DNA of 64,000 bases from Macrostomum lignano (lineage: Eukaryota). The translations under genes and the position numbers were made by a program. The stretch is from positions 62,001-126,000 of the forward strand of contig NIVC01001914.1 of assembly GCA_002269645.1 (NCBI GenBank), given 5' to 3'. The notes under the pieces are model-generated. The model was not told where the DNA came from and ran no database searches. It saw nothing but the letters and a program-made list of their open reading frames with translations. Each line of letters opens with the position of its first letter. Position 1 is the stretch's first letter. Positions 10,852-40,007 of this stretch are shown in pieces.

Positions 10852-11254
10852 CTATAGAAAAGCAAATGCAACTTTCAGATTCGAGAAAAACTTTCTGTCT
10901 GTCCACAGCAGCACTTTCTTTACCTATCGGCTTGGTAAGCTGAAGTCTAAGAGATGAATAATTTACCGATATGTGACTTGCAGAAACAGAAATGGCATGC
11001 CCTCAAACCCACTCCACCAATGACGAAATGATGGAAATATGGTAGGAAACAAGTTTTTCTTTTTAGCTTTGGGGCAAAAAAGTGTATTTGCCTTATTATA
11101 GGCACCTATGGTTTAGCAGACGACTCTATGAAGCTGTAACTTAGCATTAATTAGTACATGTTTTTCGTCAGTACTCCAGACATTTGACATTTTGCAGTGG
11201 AGAGTGAGCTCAGGAAGAGTTTTGGGGCAGGTCAACATACGTGTATGAGTTTGA

Positions 11255-11410
11255 TTGCCAGCCATTTGACCGCCGAAAGCTTGACTACTATCCATTTAAT
11301 TTGGTTATGACTTGGTTAGGGTTCAGGATATGGTTTTAGGTTAGGGTTAGATTTAGGATCAACAGTCAATTCGCGGCAGTCAAATTGGGGCAGCGAAATG
11401 TCGTGAACCC
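11255..11410. mobile_element. Degenerate MITE-like element with internal TTAGG(G) tract
   Basis: ATTTGACCGCCG (~11263) is an imperfect inverted match to GCGGCAGTCAAAT (~11368); the two enclose ggttagggtt...ttaggttagggttagatttagg. No TSD identified. Confidence 0.35.
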
Positions 11411-12218
11411 GAGCAGTGTGTTGTTAATGTGCATGCTCAATATGAGCATCTATCAGATATATGAGTGTGTATAGGAGTGCTAGCTCACTAGCTGAGAGCA
11501 CCTCTCCTCTCCTTCTCTGTCAGCTGAATCGATTTCATTAATTTGGTTAGCAGCTACAACACAGTGCTGAGCAAGAGAGTGAGTTTGCTGTATCCTTTGT
11601 TCGATCCCGTAAAACTAGTTTTACTAATTGGCATCAAGGTGAATAAGTCTGGCTACTGGTAAGTGCGAATGAAACACAATGCCAGAGACAACTCCTGTTT
11701 TGATCGATGCATGTACTGACGAAAAACTAAGTGTTGAACCTAATTAGAGGCAAATGTTACACGTGTTGAAGGGCATTTTCCATGGGGGGTAAAGATAAAT
11801 GACACCCATTATATCATAAAAAGTGTCATAGTACCCCATTTCATAAGTACACGTTTAACTTACTTTAGCCTGTAAAAATAAAAAAATCATAAAAAATAAA
11901 ACATTGTTTTGATTGTTTTCTATCCAAATATAAAAACAGAACAGTTTAATCATCAAAACATCAAAAAACTGACAAAAAAGATACGAGTACATGCAAACCA
12001 AATATTTTAACAAAATATTTACCATGCTGTTTAAACTTATTAACTCTCCCACGTAATGCTACTTGCAGTAATAACAACAGTTTCAGGGAAGAAAAACATA
12101 GAGTAATTATTTTTTCAAAATTCGCATTTCTGATCATACAAAGTCCTAATAAACAATAGATGGGAAAACTGTTTAATTATAAACAATGTTGATGCCTAAT
12201 TATTCAGAAGCCAAACAC

Positions 12219-12581
12219 TCACTCCTCCCTCTTGCGAGCTGGTCCATACACGGTTAGATAGTCATTGACTGAGTTGATGGTCTGCTGCAGGATGGCAGAC
12301 ACGGTGTCGGCGGTTTCTGGCGGCAGAGTGGGTCCCGACAATATGCTGGCAGCGAACAGGTCCAGCGTAGACTCCAGCATGATTAGTTCGGAGCTGATCT
12401 CGTCTAGCATTGATCGGTACATGCTGAGTTTCAGAGCCGCATTCCTAGACTGACGAGGGCCAGATTCATCAGATTGCGGCGAAGCGACAACATCGAGTTT
12501 GGCCCGCTTGTTTGGTGCTGCCTTGTCTGCATCAGCATCCACATTGTCGTTTTCATTTGCTGAGGCACCTTGTCGTTTCAT
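12219..12581 (-). CDS. Single-exon 120-aa orphan protein with acidic N-terminus, NLS-like PNKRAKL and predicted helical C-terminal half
   Basis: GC-enriched ORF sharply bounded by very AT-rich DNA; acaATGaaa start; TATAAAA about 41 bp upstream (12622-12628); ATTAAA about 45 bp after the stop. No family recognised. Confidence 0.6.
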   Translation of the reverse strand: MKRQGASANENDNVDADADKAAPNKRAKLDVVASPQSDESGPRQSRNAALKLSMYRSMLDEISSELIMLESTLDLFAASILSGPTLPPETADTVSAILQQTINSVNDYLTVYGPARKREE

Positions 12582-14746
12582 TGTGATTCTTGCTAGACTT
12601 TTAATGTAGAATTATTCTTATTTTTATAAAGCAGCTAGATGGGCTGAATTTCAAGTTTCTGAAAAAGAATTTACATGTGTGATGATTCTTTAACTAAAAG
12701 AGTTTATTTAAAAGGCCCAATCTATTTTGTTCTATTAAAAGGAAATTCTGATTTTGAAAAAGTGCTATTACTCGTATATAGTTTTCAGTGTATATCCATT
12801 TAATGACTTAACAAAGCCATAAAGTCAGATAGCAAAATTAATAAAACTTTCCCATGTAAAAATAAGCAAAAAATGAGACTCTTAATTAAAGTCAACCAAA
12901 ATGTCTCAAAAGCTTTTAATAGCTTGTAGCATTTATAGAATTTAAAATTGTTTGAGTCAATATTAAAACATTTATTGCAATATTTATATAGTTCAATTAA
13001 GTTTCATTACTTAATATTATTATATATTATTATTATATTATTATATTATTTTCTGAAATTCATAGTACAAAGAAAATAATAAAAACTTAAATGTTGTGTT
13101 TATTTTCTTGCTTTAAATCAATGGAATTTATGTTAGATGAAGATGAATATTAAAACTAAGCAAAGCATGGGATATAGCTATACCTGTAGTAGTGCTACAA
13201 TTGTATTTTGATTATGTATGTCCTACATTATATATTATTCTTATTACATTTGGATATTATCCCATATAAATTAGAAAATAAACAATGAAAAGATTTTGAT
13301 AAAAGTTTATTTTATGAACTGAGTCCTACAAGAGTTGATAGATCCAACCAAGAGATGAAATTGATTTTGTTAGACACAAATACACAACACAATATTAAAT
13401 ACACAAAGATATAATATAAGGCAAGCTACCAACAATTTTTTTAAATTCACAAATTCTATTGTTTGTCTTAGTGACAAAGACAAATAATGAAGAACTAATC
13501 GGTTTGTCAAGATGTTTCGCAAATTGCAACTCAGCTACACATAACGTGCCATCTGAGAGACTGCTGTTTTGAAATCTGACTTGCTCAAAGTTTTTTTAAC
13601 AGATTATGGTAGAAACCTTGTACATCATGTCATGCTTTTTGAATCTACGTATGTACTATAAAAATTTTAATAATCAAAGACGGAGAATGAAATTGCAATA
13701 GTTCTGTGATAGCCCTTTAATATAGTTTCAAAGTTTTGAAAGAGGAATACACGAAGGAGAGAAACGTAGGCTCCAACTCTGTCTATTGAAATTATCACTA
13801 CGCAAGTTTTTGTCAAGCAGCGAAATTTTTGAAAAGCGATAATTTTATGAACTAATACTCGGTATAACAAATTCAAACTTCTTAATATTGCAAATTAGCA
13901 CATGCCTATGTGTAATAAAATTCTATACATTTTTTATTTTTACATAAACACTTTTACTGCTTTTAAACACAATATAAAACCAAATAAATGAGGCAGTTTT
14001 TTATTTTGACTTGAAACTTCCTATATCCGATTTTTAATATCACGGTCTTGTGTGACACTAAGTTATTTATTTTGAAGAGTTAGCCAGAATATTCAAAACA
14101 ATATTATGAAGTAAGCAAGGAAGTTATTAAATTCTTCTAACTTTTTTCATTATTGAGATTTCATCATTATTGAGACTATGTTGCTAGTGACTTTGTTACG
14201 TTATATAGCGGTAGCGCCAGTTTTTTCTTTTTTGTAGCACTGCAAAAATTTTTAGATCTTTTTTCTTCTAAATAGTTCTATTTTAGTGAGAAATTTAATG
14301 TTAGAATAATTTATTGCTATTTAAGTGTAGTAGTTGAATACGAAGAATCTTGTGTAGTAGAACTCATTATATGCTAGTCTAATAAATTGACTTAAAAAGT
14401 ATAACTTGATTTATGCCTATTTTTGTTTTAGCATATAGACGCTAGATTAGCTCTGACTTTACTACAAGTTAGCATAATATTGTTGCAAAGAACATATTGA
14501 ACCTTTGTTCTGCAGAAAATACCACCAATAGTATGTTCCTATATTAAATCAGATTATTAACTTGCATATGTTGAACACATTCTATAACTTCTGATATTTA
14601 ATTAAGCATTTAGTTATGAACCTTTTATCATTAAATTTGTATCAGCCACCATTATAACTTCTCGATTTTAATCAATTGTTCTCTTTCTCTACCACTAAGC
14701 TCATTGTTACATAACCTTATGCATGCTATAACCAGCAGTAAGAAAC

Positions 14747-30476
<15,730 letters not shown>

Positions 30477-30537
30477 GGAATCATTGACAAGTTTTAAATT
30501 TAAATACTTTCGCAAGCAAACATTCCGTGACATTTTA

Positions 30538-30543
30538 AATAAA
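30538..30543 (+). terminator. Putative polyadenylation signal of the Mcr-like gene
   Basis: AATAAA about 60 nt after the stop codon. Confidence 0.5.
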
Positions 30544-30784
30544 AAATACTATTTGCATTCTGTTTGCTCTCTATATACTACTATGCCCCTAGCTAGTAAT
30601 ATGCAGTGTATTATAGACCTGTGTCGCTGAAATGACTGTGCAATCCTATTTGTACTTTTATTTGATTCTTTTGTTTCGGCTTTTTGCTTATAGCATGTGG
30701 CTTCAAAACCCTGACTGGCCGGTCACATTTTTGTCACATTTTGTGACAGTGATCACATTTGACGCTTCACCTGACGTCAATTTT

Positions 30785-31390
30785 TTGGCGCCAACCTTGA
30801 CACCCACTTTGACGCCAACCCTGACACTCACTTTGGCGCCAACCCTGACACTCACTTTGGCGCCAACCCTGACACTCACTTTGGCGCCAACCCTGACACT
30901 CACTTTGGCGCCAACCCTGACACTCACTTTGGCGCCAACCCTGACACTCACTTTGGCGCCAACCCTGACACTCACTTTGGCGCCAACCCTGACACTCACT
31001 TTGGCGCCAACCCTGAAACTCACTTTAGCGCCAACCCTGACACTCACTTTGGCGCCAAACCTGACATCCACTTTGCAACTGCCTTAAACCCACTTTGGCG
31101 CCAACCATGACACCCAATGAGGCGCCATTCTGACACCCACTTTGTCACTAACCATGACACCCATTTTGGCGCCAAACATGACACCCAATTTTGCGCTAAC
31201 CATGACGCTCAATTTGGCGCCAACCATGAAAACTAATTTGGCGCCAACCATGAAAACTAATTTGGCGCCAACCATGACACCTAATTTGGCGCCAACCGTG
31301 ACGCCCATCTGGGCGCCGTCCTGACACCAGTTTGGCACCAACCATTATGCCTAAATTGGCGCCAGTCCTGACGCCCACCTTGGCGCTCTG
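30785..31390. repeat. 24-bp GGCGCC-containing minisatellite with degenerate tail
   Basis: Unit TTGGCGCCAACCCTGACACTCACT, ~11 clean copies then diverged copies. Confidence 0.9.
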
Positions 31391-32394
31391 TCGCAGGCCA
31401 TTTTCTTAAGTGTTCAGTTTTTATAATTGCTTTTTTTGCAATTTATCCTGCTATTTGTGGCAATAATATTATCTACACTACATATGTACTTCTTGTTGTC
31501 AAGCCAATCCCAATTTGCAATCAAATCAGTAATTAAAGCTATAATTTTGATTTTTAATTCTTTTTCTTTGATTCTTTTCTATTTGCGTGAAAGCCAGCTT
31601 ATCTATTTACTCACTGTGGCAAGAAATTTCCTGTAAATACTTAGCCATGACACACTACTTACAGTAGCGCTCTACCTACAGCAATTTTTTTCAGTTTTTT
31701 TTATTATTTGAATGTAGTCACGCGTTCGTTACCTTGGCCCCGTTTATATTATACTCAGTTGAAGTGATTTAAAACTGATTTTAGAGGCGATTATTAATAT
31801 TACAAAAATTATCGGTATTGACTTTTTTCTGTGTGTTTGTGCTTTTCAGATGAGCCAAGCACTTTAAACTCAAGGGATTTCTACCGCAGGTCACACCCAT
31901 GATGGCCAACCCCCAAGGCACTGGGAGTGTACATGGGAGTCGGGGCCGCTGTAATCCAATTTAGGATAATTCTGCATACAAGCCGATATGTATCGAAAAT
32001 TTCATTAATAATTAGAAGTTCTGTTGACTATTTCAAGTTCGAAGCTGTTGCGTCATCAGACCCCCTCCCCCCAGTTTCCCCTCTCATTCCGGATAAACAA
32101 AAACCGACCGGAGCCCCCACCTGATGCTCTTGCGTCACCTGTCAATAATCTGCGGCCATTTCCTTGCGTGCGACTTTATATCGACTTTGTTGGCGCTGTT
32201 GCTAGGCGGAATTCCGCGCCTGCAGATGGGACCCACAGTTATTAGTTGCTCGCCCGTGTACGGCCTATTTTATAGGCTTAGAGGAACTGCGCTTCAAGTC
32301 CCAGAGTATGGGCACGCTATTAAGCTTTAATTATTCATCTGACTAGATGACAGACAGTATTCTGCCTTTGTAAGCCTTTATAATATTGAAATAG

Positions 32395-32710
32395 TTTGTT
32401 TGGCGCCTTCTAACATCCAATATAGCGCCCTCTGACACCACGATTGGCACCTTCTGACACCCGGTTTGGTCCCTTCTGATCTGACACCAAAAATTGCACT
32501 TCCTGACACCCGGTGTGGCGCCACTCTGACACCCGATTTGGCGCCACTTTGACACCCACTTTGGCGCCTTCTGATACTCATCTAGCGCCTTCTGAAAACA
32601 GAATTGGCGCCCTCTGACACAATCTAGCGCCTTTTGACACAATCTAGCGCCTTTTGACACACAATTTAGCGCCTTCTGACACCCGATTTGGCGCCTTCTG
32701 ACACCCAGTT
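32395..32710. repeat. Degenerate (TT/TA)GGCGCCTTCTGACAC repeat related to the 30.8-kb array
   Basis: Same core motif and same orientation as the 30785-31390 array. Confidence 0.75.
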
Positions 32711-33054
32711 GGTTCAATCAAGCGAGATCGGCCTTACAAGCATTTAAAATTCTCAGCTCGAATTTTTTTGGCCACTAATCCGAAAGTCCCAGGAGTGGAG
32801 CTTTGAATTAAAATCTCAAAAGCATTTTTTCAACTCAGTTCTCAGCCTCTTTAATAAGCTCTTTTCTGCCCTGTGCTTTCATTAGTGCTGCTGGAATTTT
32901 ATTTCTCAGAGGAAAAGTTAATTGCAGTGGAGTTAAAGCTCTGCAGAATTGATTGGTCACCCACACGGCCCCTCAAAGTCTGCATGATATGTGGGTAGTG
33001 GACTTGGTAAACGAAATGAATGCGCCGCTTATTGGGCTTATAAATATTTGAAGG

Positions 33055-34115
33055 AGTGACAGGGAGAATAACAGAAAGTGTGACAGACTGAGTGACAGGG
33101 AGAATAACAGACAGTGTGACAGACGGAGTGACAGGGAGAATAACAGACAGTGTGACGAGCTGAGTGACAGGGAGAATAACAGAAAGTGTGACAGACTGAG
33201 TGACAGGGAGAATAACAGGCAGTGTGACAGACTGAGTGACAGGGAGAATAACAGAAAGTGTGACAGACTGAGTGACAGGAGGAATAACAGACAGTTTGAC
33301 AAGCTGAGTGACAGGGAGAATAACAGACAGTGTGACAGACGGAGTGGCAGGGAGAATAACAGACAGTGTGACAGACTGAGTGGCAGGGAGAATAACAGAC
33401 AGTGTGACAGACTGAGTGACAGGGAGAATAACAGAGAGTGTGACAGACTGAGTGACAGGGAGAATAACAGACAGTGTGACAGACTGAGTGACAGGGAGAA
33501 TAACAGACAGTGTGACAGACGGAGTGACAGGAGGAATAACAGAGAGTGTGACGAGCTGAGTGACAGGGAGAATAACAGGCAGTGTGACAGACTGAGTGAC
33601 AGGGAGAATAACAGGCAGTGTGACAGACTGAGTGACAGGGAGAATAACAGACAGTGTGACAAGCTGAGTGACAGGGAGAATAACAGACAGTGTGACAGAC
33701 GGAGTGACAGGGAGAATAACAAACAGTGTGACAGACTGAGTGACAGGGAGAATAACAGAGAGTGTGACAGACTGAGTGACAGGGAAAATAACAGAGAGTG
33801 TGACAGACTGAGTGACAGGGAGAATAACAGTGTGACAGACTGAGTGACAGGGAGAATAACAGAAAGTGTGACAGACTGAGTGACAGGGAGAATAACAGAG
33901 AGTGTGACAGACTGAGTGACAGGGAGAATAACAGTGTGACAGACTGAGTGACAGGGAGAATAACAGAAAGTGTGACAGACTGAGTGACAGGGAGAATAAC
34001 AGGCAGTGTGACAGACTGAGTGACAGGGAGAATAACAGAAAGTGTGACAGACGGAGTGAGAGGGAAAAAAACAGACAGTGTGACAAGCTGAGAGACAGGG
34101 AGAATAACAGAAATT
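33055..34115. repeat. 36-bp minisatellite (~29 copies)
   Basis: Unit GTGACAGGGAGAATAACAGACAGTGTGACAGACTGA. Confidence 0.95.
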
Positions 34116-34608
34116 TGACAGGGACAGGGACCCATCTTAGCTCCCTTCCCCAACACCTGCCTTCCCCGTCCCCCCTCTCCTTCCACTCCATCAAGTCGGG
34201 TGACGCAATGGAGGCACGCAAACTGCAGGTTAGCAATCCCTGTCTGTATATTCGGTCTGTACAGACTAAAATAGTTTCTACCGGAGTCGAACTGCAGTAA
34301 CGTCTCGTTCGCTATCTCACTCTTGGATTTTAGATGCGTGACGATGTAATGACAAAAGACCTCCCGCTGTGACCAATGCTCCACCATCACGCTCTGATAA
34401 ATGGCAGTGCCCCACCTCCACTAAAGCTGCTAAATGACTAGGCTTAGCGACTCAACCTCCAGTTCGTGACTGACAAGGCGAAGTTCCTGGCTGACTTCCA
34501 AGAGTTGCCAGTTCTCCGGCTCTTTGTTCTACTGCTGGCGATTAGTAGGTCCGCTTTGATCTGGATTGGGGCTTGCAGCTTGGCAGCTACTGACACCCGA
34601 CTGCCAAA

Positions 34609-36597
34609 TGAAGGGAGAGGATGAAGGGAGAGGATGAAGGGGAGAGGTTATGAAGGGAGAGAATAAAGGGAGAGAATGAAGAGAGAGAATAAAGGGAGAG
34701 AATGAATGGAGAGAATGAAGGGAGAGAATGAAGGGAGAGAATGAAGGGAGATAGTGAAGGATGAGAATGAAGGGAGATAGTGAAGGGAGAGAATGAAGGG
34801 AGAGAATGAAAGGAGAGAATGAAGGGAGAGAATTAAGGTAGAGATGAAGGGAGAGAATGAAGGGAGAGAATGAAGAGGCAGAATGAAGAGGGAGAATGAA
34901 GGGAGAGAATGAAGAGGGAGAATGAAGAGGGAGAATGAAGGGAGAGAATGAAGGGAGAGAATGAAGGGGGAAAATGAAGGGGGAGAATGAAGGGGGAAAA
35001 TGAAGGGGGAGAATGAAGAGGGAGAATGAAGAGGGAGAATGAAGAGGGAGAATGAAGGGAGAGAATGAAGAGGGAGAATGAAGAGGGAGAATAAAGGGAG
35101 AGAACGAAGGGAGAGAACGAAGGGAGAGAATGAAGAGAGAGAATGAAGAGGGAGAATGAAGAGGGAGAATGAAGGGAGAGAATGAAGGGAGAGAATGAAG
35201 AGGGAGAATGAAGAGGGAGAATGAAGGGAGAGAATGAAGGGAGAGAATGAAGGGGGAAAATGAAGGGGGAGAATGAAGGGGGAAAATGAAGGGAGAGAAT
35301 GAAGAGGGAGAATGAAGAGGGAGAATGAAGAGGGAGAACGAAGGGAGAGAACGAAGGGAGAGAATGAAGAGAGAGAATGAAGAGGGAGAATGAAGAGGGA
35401 GAATGAAGGGAGAGAATGAAGGGAGAGAATGAAGAGGGAGAATGAAGAGGGAGAATGAAGGGAGAGAATGAAGGGAGAGAATGAAGGGGGAAAATGAAGG
35501 GGGAGAATGAAGAGGGAGAATGAAGAGGGAGAATGAAGAGGGAGAATGAAGGGAGAGAATGAAGGGAGAGAATGAAGAGGGAGAATGAAGGGAGAGAATG
35601 AAGGGGGAAAATGAAGGGGGAGAATGAAGAGGGAGAATGAAGAGGGAGAATGAAGGGAGAGAATGAAGAGGGAGAATGAAAAGGGAGAATGAAGAGGGAG
35701 AATAAAGGGAGAGAATGAAGAGGGAGAATGAAGGGAGAGAATGAAGGGGGAAAATGAAGGGGGAAAATGAAGAGGGAGAATGAAGAGGGAGAATGAAGAG
35801 GGAGAATGAAGAGGGAGAATGAAGGGAGAGAATGAAGAGGGAGAATGAAGGGAGAGAATGAAGAGGGAGAATGAAGAAGGAGAATGAAGAAGGAGAATGA
35901 AGAGGGAGAATGAAGAGGGAGAATGAAGGGAGAGAATGAAGGGAGAGAATGAAGGGAGAGAATGAAGAGAGAGAATGAAGAGGGAGAATGAAGAGGGAGA
36001 ATGAAGAGGGAGAATGAAGAGGGAGAATGAAGGGAGAGAATGAAGAGGGAGAATGAAGGGAGAGAATGAAGAGGGAGAATGAAGAGGGAGAATGAAGGGA
36101 GAGAATGAAGGGAGAGAATGAAGGGAGAGAATGAAGAGAGAGAATGAAGGGAGAGAATGAAGAGGGAGAATGAAGAAGGAGAATGAAGAGGGAGAATGAA
36201 GGGAGAGAATGAAGAGGGAGAATGAAGGGAGAGAATGAAGAAGGAGAATGAAGAGGGAGAATGAAGAGGGAGAATGAAGAGGGAGAATGAAGGGAGAGAA
36301 TGAAGAGGGAGAATGAAGGGAGAGAATGAAGAGGGAGAATGAATGGAGAGAATGAAGGGAGAGAATGAAGGGAGAGAATGAAGGGAGAGAATGAAGAAGG
36401 AGAATGAAGAGGGAGAATGAAGGGAGAGAATGAAGGGAGAGAATGAAGGGAGAGAATGAAGAAGGAGAATGAAGAGGGAGAATGAAGGGAGAGAATGAAG
36501 AGGGAGAATGAAGGGAGAGAATGAAGGGAGAGAATGAAGGGAGAGAATGAAGGGAGAGAATGAAGAAGGAGAATGAAGAGGGAGAATGAAGGGAGAC
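34609..36597. repeat. 13-bp purine-rich satellite, block 1
   Basis: Unit GAATGAAGGGAGA with GAATGAAGAGGGA variants. Confidence 0.96.
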
Positions 36598-37284
36598 AGT
36601 AAGATCAGTGAAAGCAGCGCTGGATTGCTGAGCACACCGACCCTGACTCTGCAATGGTCAATACCCGAATTTTTTAAATCAATCGCTTGTAAAACTTCAC
36701 AAAGAAGCCATTGCGACACAAGAAAGCTCGAACGGAGGCTGACCCAGAAGCCGCTCCCAGATGAGAGCGATACCAGCAGACAGTTGGGAAAATTGCTTGG
36801 ACAAGTTCTCATATCAATAAGCTTCATCAGTCCAGTTCCCTTTTTGAGTGGTTCCGCGCGGCGAGGTCAGGCCGACTTTGTAGCTGACGGTTGTGCGATC
36901 GGACACTCAAGATAAATCTGACAGCGTAAAGACTAAAAAACAACTGCGCTAGGAATATGGATTGGGGTCAGGCCATGGACCGCTAGAGTTAGAGATCCGG
37001 ATTTGGACAGCACTGCAAAAAATTCATCAAATTCCATTGTTCGTCCATTCCGCTGACTCCTGAGTACAACACTAGTGCGCCAACACTGTACGCATACACG
37101 ATCACACACGATCAATGGCAAGCAATGTAGACTCTCTGTACTTTGATTTGGTTCCGGTTCATTTGGGGCTTATATGCGCGAAAATTAACCAGGGGGTTGT
37201 CAGGCAATTCACAGCCATTTGGGCCAACTCCCAAGGCACAGACAGTGTAGATGCCTGACGATTAGAAAGTCAGGGCGACTGTAC

Positions 37285-37738
37285 GCCCGGTGTGAGCAGT
37301 GTACACCCTGCGTGAGCAGTGTACACTCTGTGTGAGCAGCGTACATCCTGTGTGAGCAGTGTACACCCTGTGTGAGCAGTGTACACCCTGTGTGAGCAGT
37401 GTACACCCTGTGTGAGCAGTGTACACCCTGTGTGAGCAGTGTACACCCTGCGTGAGCAGTGTACACCCTGCGTGAGCAGTGTACACTCTGTGTGAGCAGT
37501 GTACACCCTGTGTGAGTAGTGTACACCCTGTGTGAGCAGTGTACACCCTGTGTGAGTAGTGTACACCCTGTGTGAGCAGTGTACACCCTGTGTGAGTAGT
37601 GTACACCCTGTGTGAGCAGTGTACACCCTGCGTGAGCAGTGTACACCCTGTGTGAGAAGTGTACACCCTGTGTGAGCAGTGTACACCCTGTGTGAGCAGT
37701 GTACACCCTGTGTGAGCAGTGTACACCCTGTGTGAGCG
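37285..37738. repeat. 20-bp minisatellite (~22 copies)
   Basis: Unit GTGTACACCCTGTGTGAGCA. Confidence 0.95.
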
Positions 37739-38208
37739 TGTGCGAGCTCAGGGGTGAGCGGCATGACCAGGAACAAGGTTTCCCCTGTTTCCAGATACAA
37801 TATCCATGGCTCCTTGCACCAAGGGTCGGCGACTTGAATCCCGGACATCGATCTGACCTGAGTGTCTCTGTAACCCTGACTTTCGGATGCAGCTTTCCAG
37901 CAAAAAAGCGATTCACTCCAGACAAAGCCAGCAGAATGAAGCAAAATAAATTACTCTTTTGCCAGCAGTGACTTCTGCATGATCTGGTGAAGTATCTTCT
38001 GTCTGTCTGTCTTCAGAACTGTGACGCAATCGCAGCTCATTGTTAATCCTCTAGTGCTAATCCCTTCCCCAATTCAGCCATTTTAACTCGTACGCTGGCC
38101 CCTCTTTCGGGGAGATTATCGCAAGCTAACCGCAGAAGGAATTTTGTGTCAGTAATACCGTTTATTTTTGGTTCAATAGGATTTCCCATTGTCTGACAGT
38201 TGACTTAC

Positions 38209-38393
38209 GACTTAGGGACATCGCCCCGAAGAGTGTCTGAGTTAATCCCGTTAGAATCAGTCCCACTACTGCATGCGGCGTGCCAGAGATTCAATCTGGA
38301 ACTGCTAGGTGCTGGAGTTCCCTTGGCCAAATAAACACCCGGCATATTGAAATTCTGCTGCTGGAGTCTTTGAACAGATATGGACAGAAAAAA
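38209..38393 (-). CDS. Candidate exon of an unidentified minus-strand gene (…MPGVYLAKGTPAPSSSRLNLWHAACSSGTDSNGINSDTLRGDVPKS)
   Basis: Long pyrimidine tract plus ctatattcag| acceptor and a perfect |GTAAGT donor (38203-38208); only one frame is open. No homology recognised. Confidence 0.4.
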
Positions 38394-38454
38394 CTGAATA
38401 TAGAGCAAATGAAGTGAGAGGATTGAGAAAGAAAAAAGGTAAGAATTAAGGGGA

Positions 38455-40007
38455 AAACGGAAGGAGAGAATGAAGGGAGAGAATGAAGGGAGAGAGAATG
38501 AAGGGAGAGAATGAAGGGAGAGAGACTGGAGGGAAATAATGAAGGGAGAGAATGAAGGGAGATTGAAGAGAGAAAATAAGGTAGAGAATGAGGGAGAGAA
38601 TGAAGGGAGAGAATAAAGGGAGATAATGAAGGGAGAGAGAATGAAGGAGACTGAAGGGAGATATGAAGGGAGAGAATGAATGGAGAGAGACTGGAGGGAG
38701 AAAAAGAAGGGATGGAATGAAGGGAGAGACTGAATTGAGAGACTGAAGGGAGATAGTGAAGGGAGAGAATGAAGGGAGGGAATGAAGGGAGAGAATGAAG
38801 GGAGAGAATGAAGGGAGAGAATGAAGGGAGATAGTGAAGGGAGAGAATGAAGGGAGGGAATGAAGGGAGAGAATGAAGGGAGAGAATGAAGGGAGAGAAT
38901 GAAGGGAGATAGTGAAGGGAGAGAATGAAGGGAGGGAATGAAGGGAGAGAATGAAGGGAGAGAATGAAGGGAGAGAATGAAGGGAGATTATGAAGGGGAG
39001 AATGAAGGGAGAGAATGAAGGGAGAGAATGAAGGGAGAGAATGAAGGGAGAGAATGAAGGGAGAGAATGAAGGGAGAGAATGAAGGGAGAGAATGAAGGG
39101 AGAGAATGAAGGGAGAGAATGAAGGGAGAGAATGAAGGGAGAGAATGAAGGGAGAGAATGAAGGGAGAGAATGAAGGGAGAGAATGAAGGGAGAGAATGA
39201 AGGGAGAGAATGAAGGGAGAGAATGAAGGGAGATTGAAGAGAGAAAATAAGGTAGAGAATGAGGGAGAGAATGAAGGGAGAGAATAAAGGGAGATAATGA
39301 AGGGAGAGAGAATGAAGGAGACTGAAGGGAGATATGAAGGGAGAGAATGAATGGAGAGAGACTGGAGGGAGAAAAAGAAGGGATGGAATGAAGGGAGAGA
39401 CTGAATTGAGAGACTGAAGGGAGATAGTGAAGGGAGAGAATGAAGGGAGGGAATGAAGGGAGAGAATGAAGGGAGAGAATGAAGGGAGAGAATGAAGGGA
39501 GATAGTGAAGGGAGAGAATGAAGGGAGGGAATGAAGGGAGAGAATGAAGGGAGAGAATGAAGGGAGAGAATGAAGGGAGATTATGAAGGGAGAGAATGAA
39601 GGGAGAGAATGAAGGGAGAGAATGAAGGGAGAGAATGAAGGGAGAGAATGAAGGGAGAGAATGAAGGGAGAGAATGAAGGGAGAGAATGAAGGGAGAGAA
39701 TGAAGGGAGAGAATGAAGGGAGAGAATGAAGGGAGAGAATGAAGGGAGAGAATGAAGGGAGAGAATGAAGGGAGAGAATGAAGGGAGAGAATGAAGGGAG
39801 AGAATGAAGGGAGAGAATGAAGGGAGAGAATGAAGGGAGAGAATGAAGGGAGAGAATGAAGGGAGAGAATGAAGGGAGAGAATGAAGGGAGAGAATGAAG
39901 GGAGAGAATGAAGGGAGAGAATGAAGGGAGAGAATGAAGGGAGAGAATGAAGGGAGAGAATGAAGGGAGAGAATGAAGGGAGATAGTGAAGGGAGAGAAT
40001 GAAGGGA
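38455..40007. repeat. 13-bp purine-rich satellite, block 2, with a ~670-bp internal duplication
   Basis: Same unit as block 1; variant string GATTGAAGAGAGAAAATAAGG recurs at 38561 and 39232. Confidence 0.96.

Noticed and set aside
11320-11360. Interstitial telomere
   Set aside because: Only two or three imperfect TTAGGG units, lying inside a MITE-like element.
13603-13648. Mini-exon reading YGRNLVHHVMLFES, resembling a copper monooxygenase VHH motif
   Set aside because: It is too short, and the neighbouring exon-like pieces at 13.1-14.5 kb contain stops and give no coherent homologous protein.
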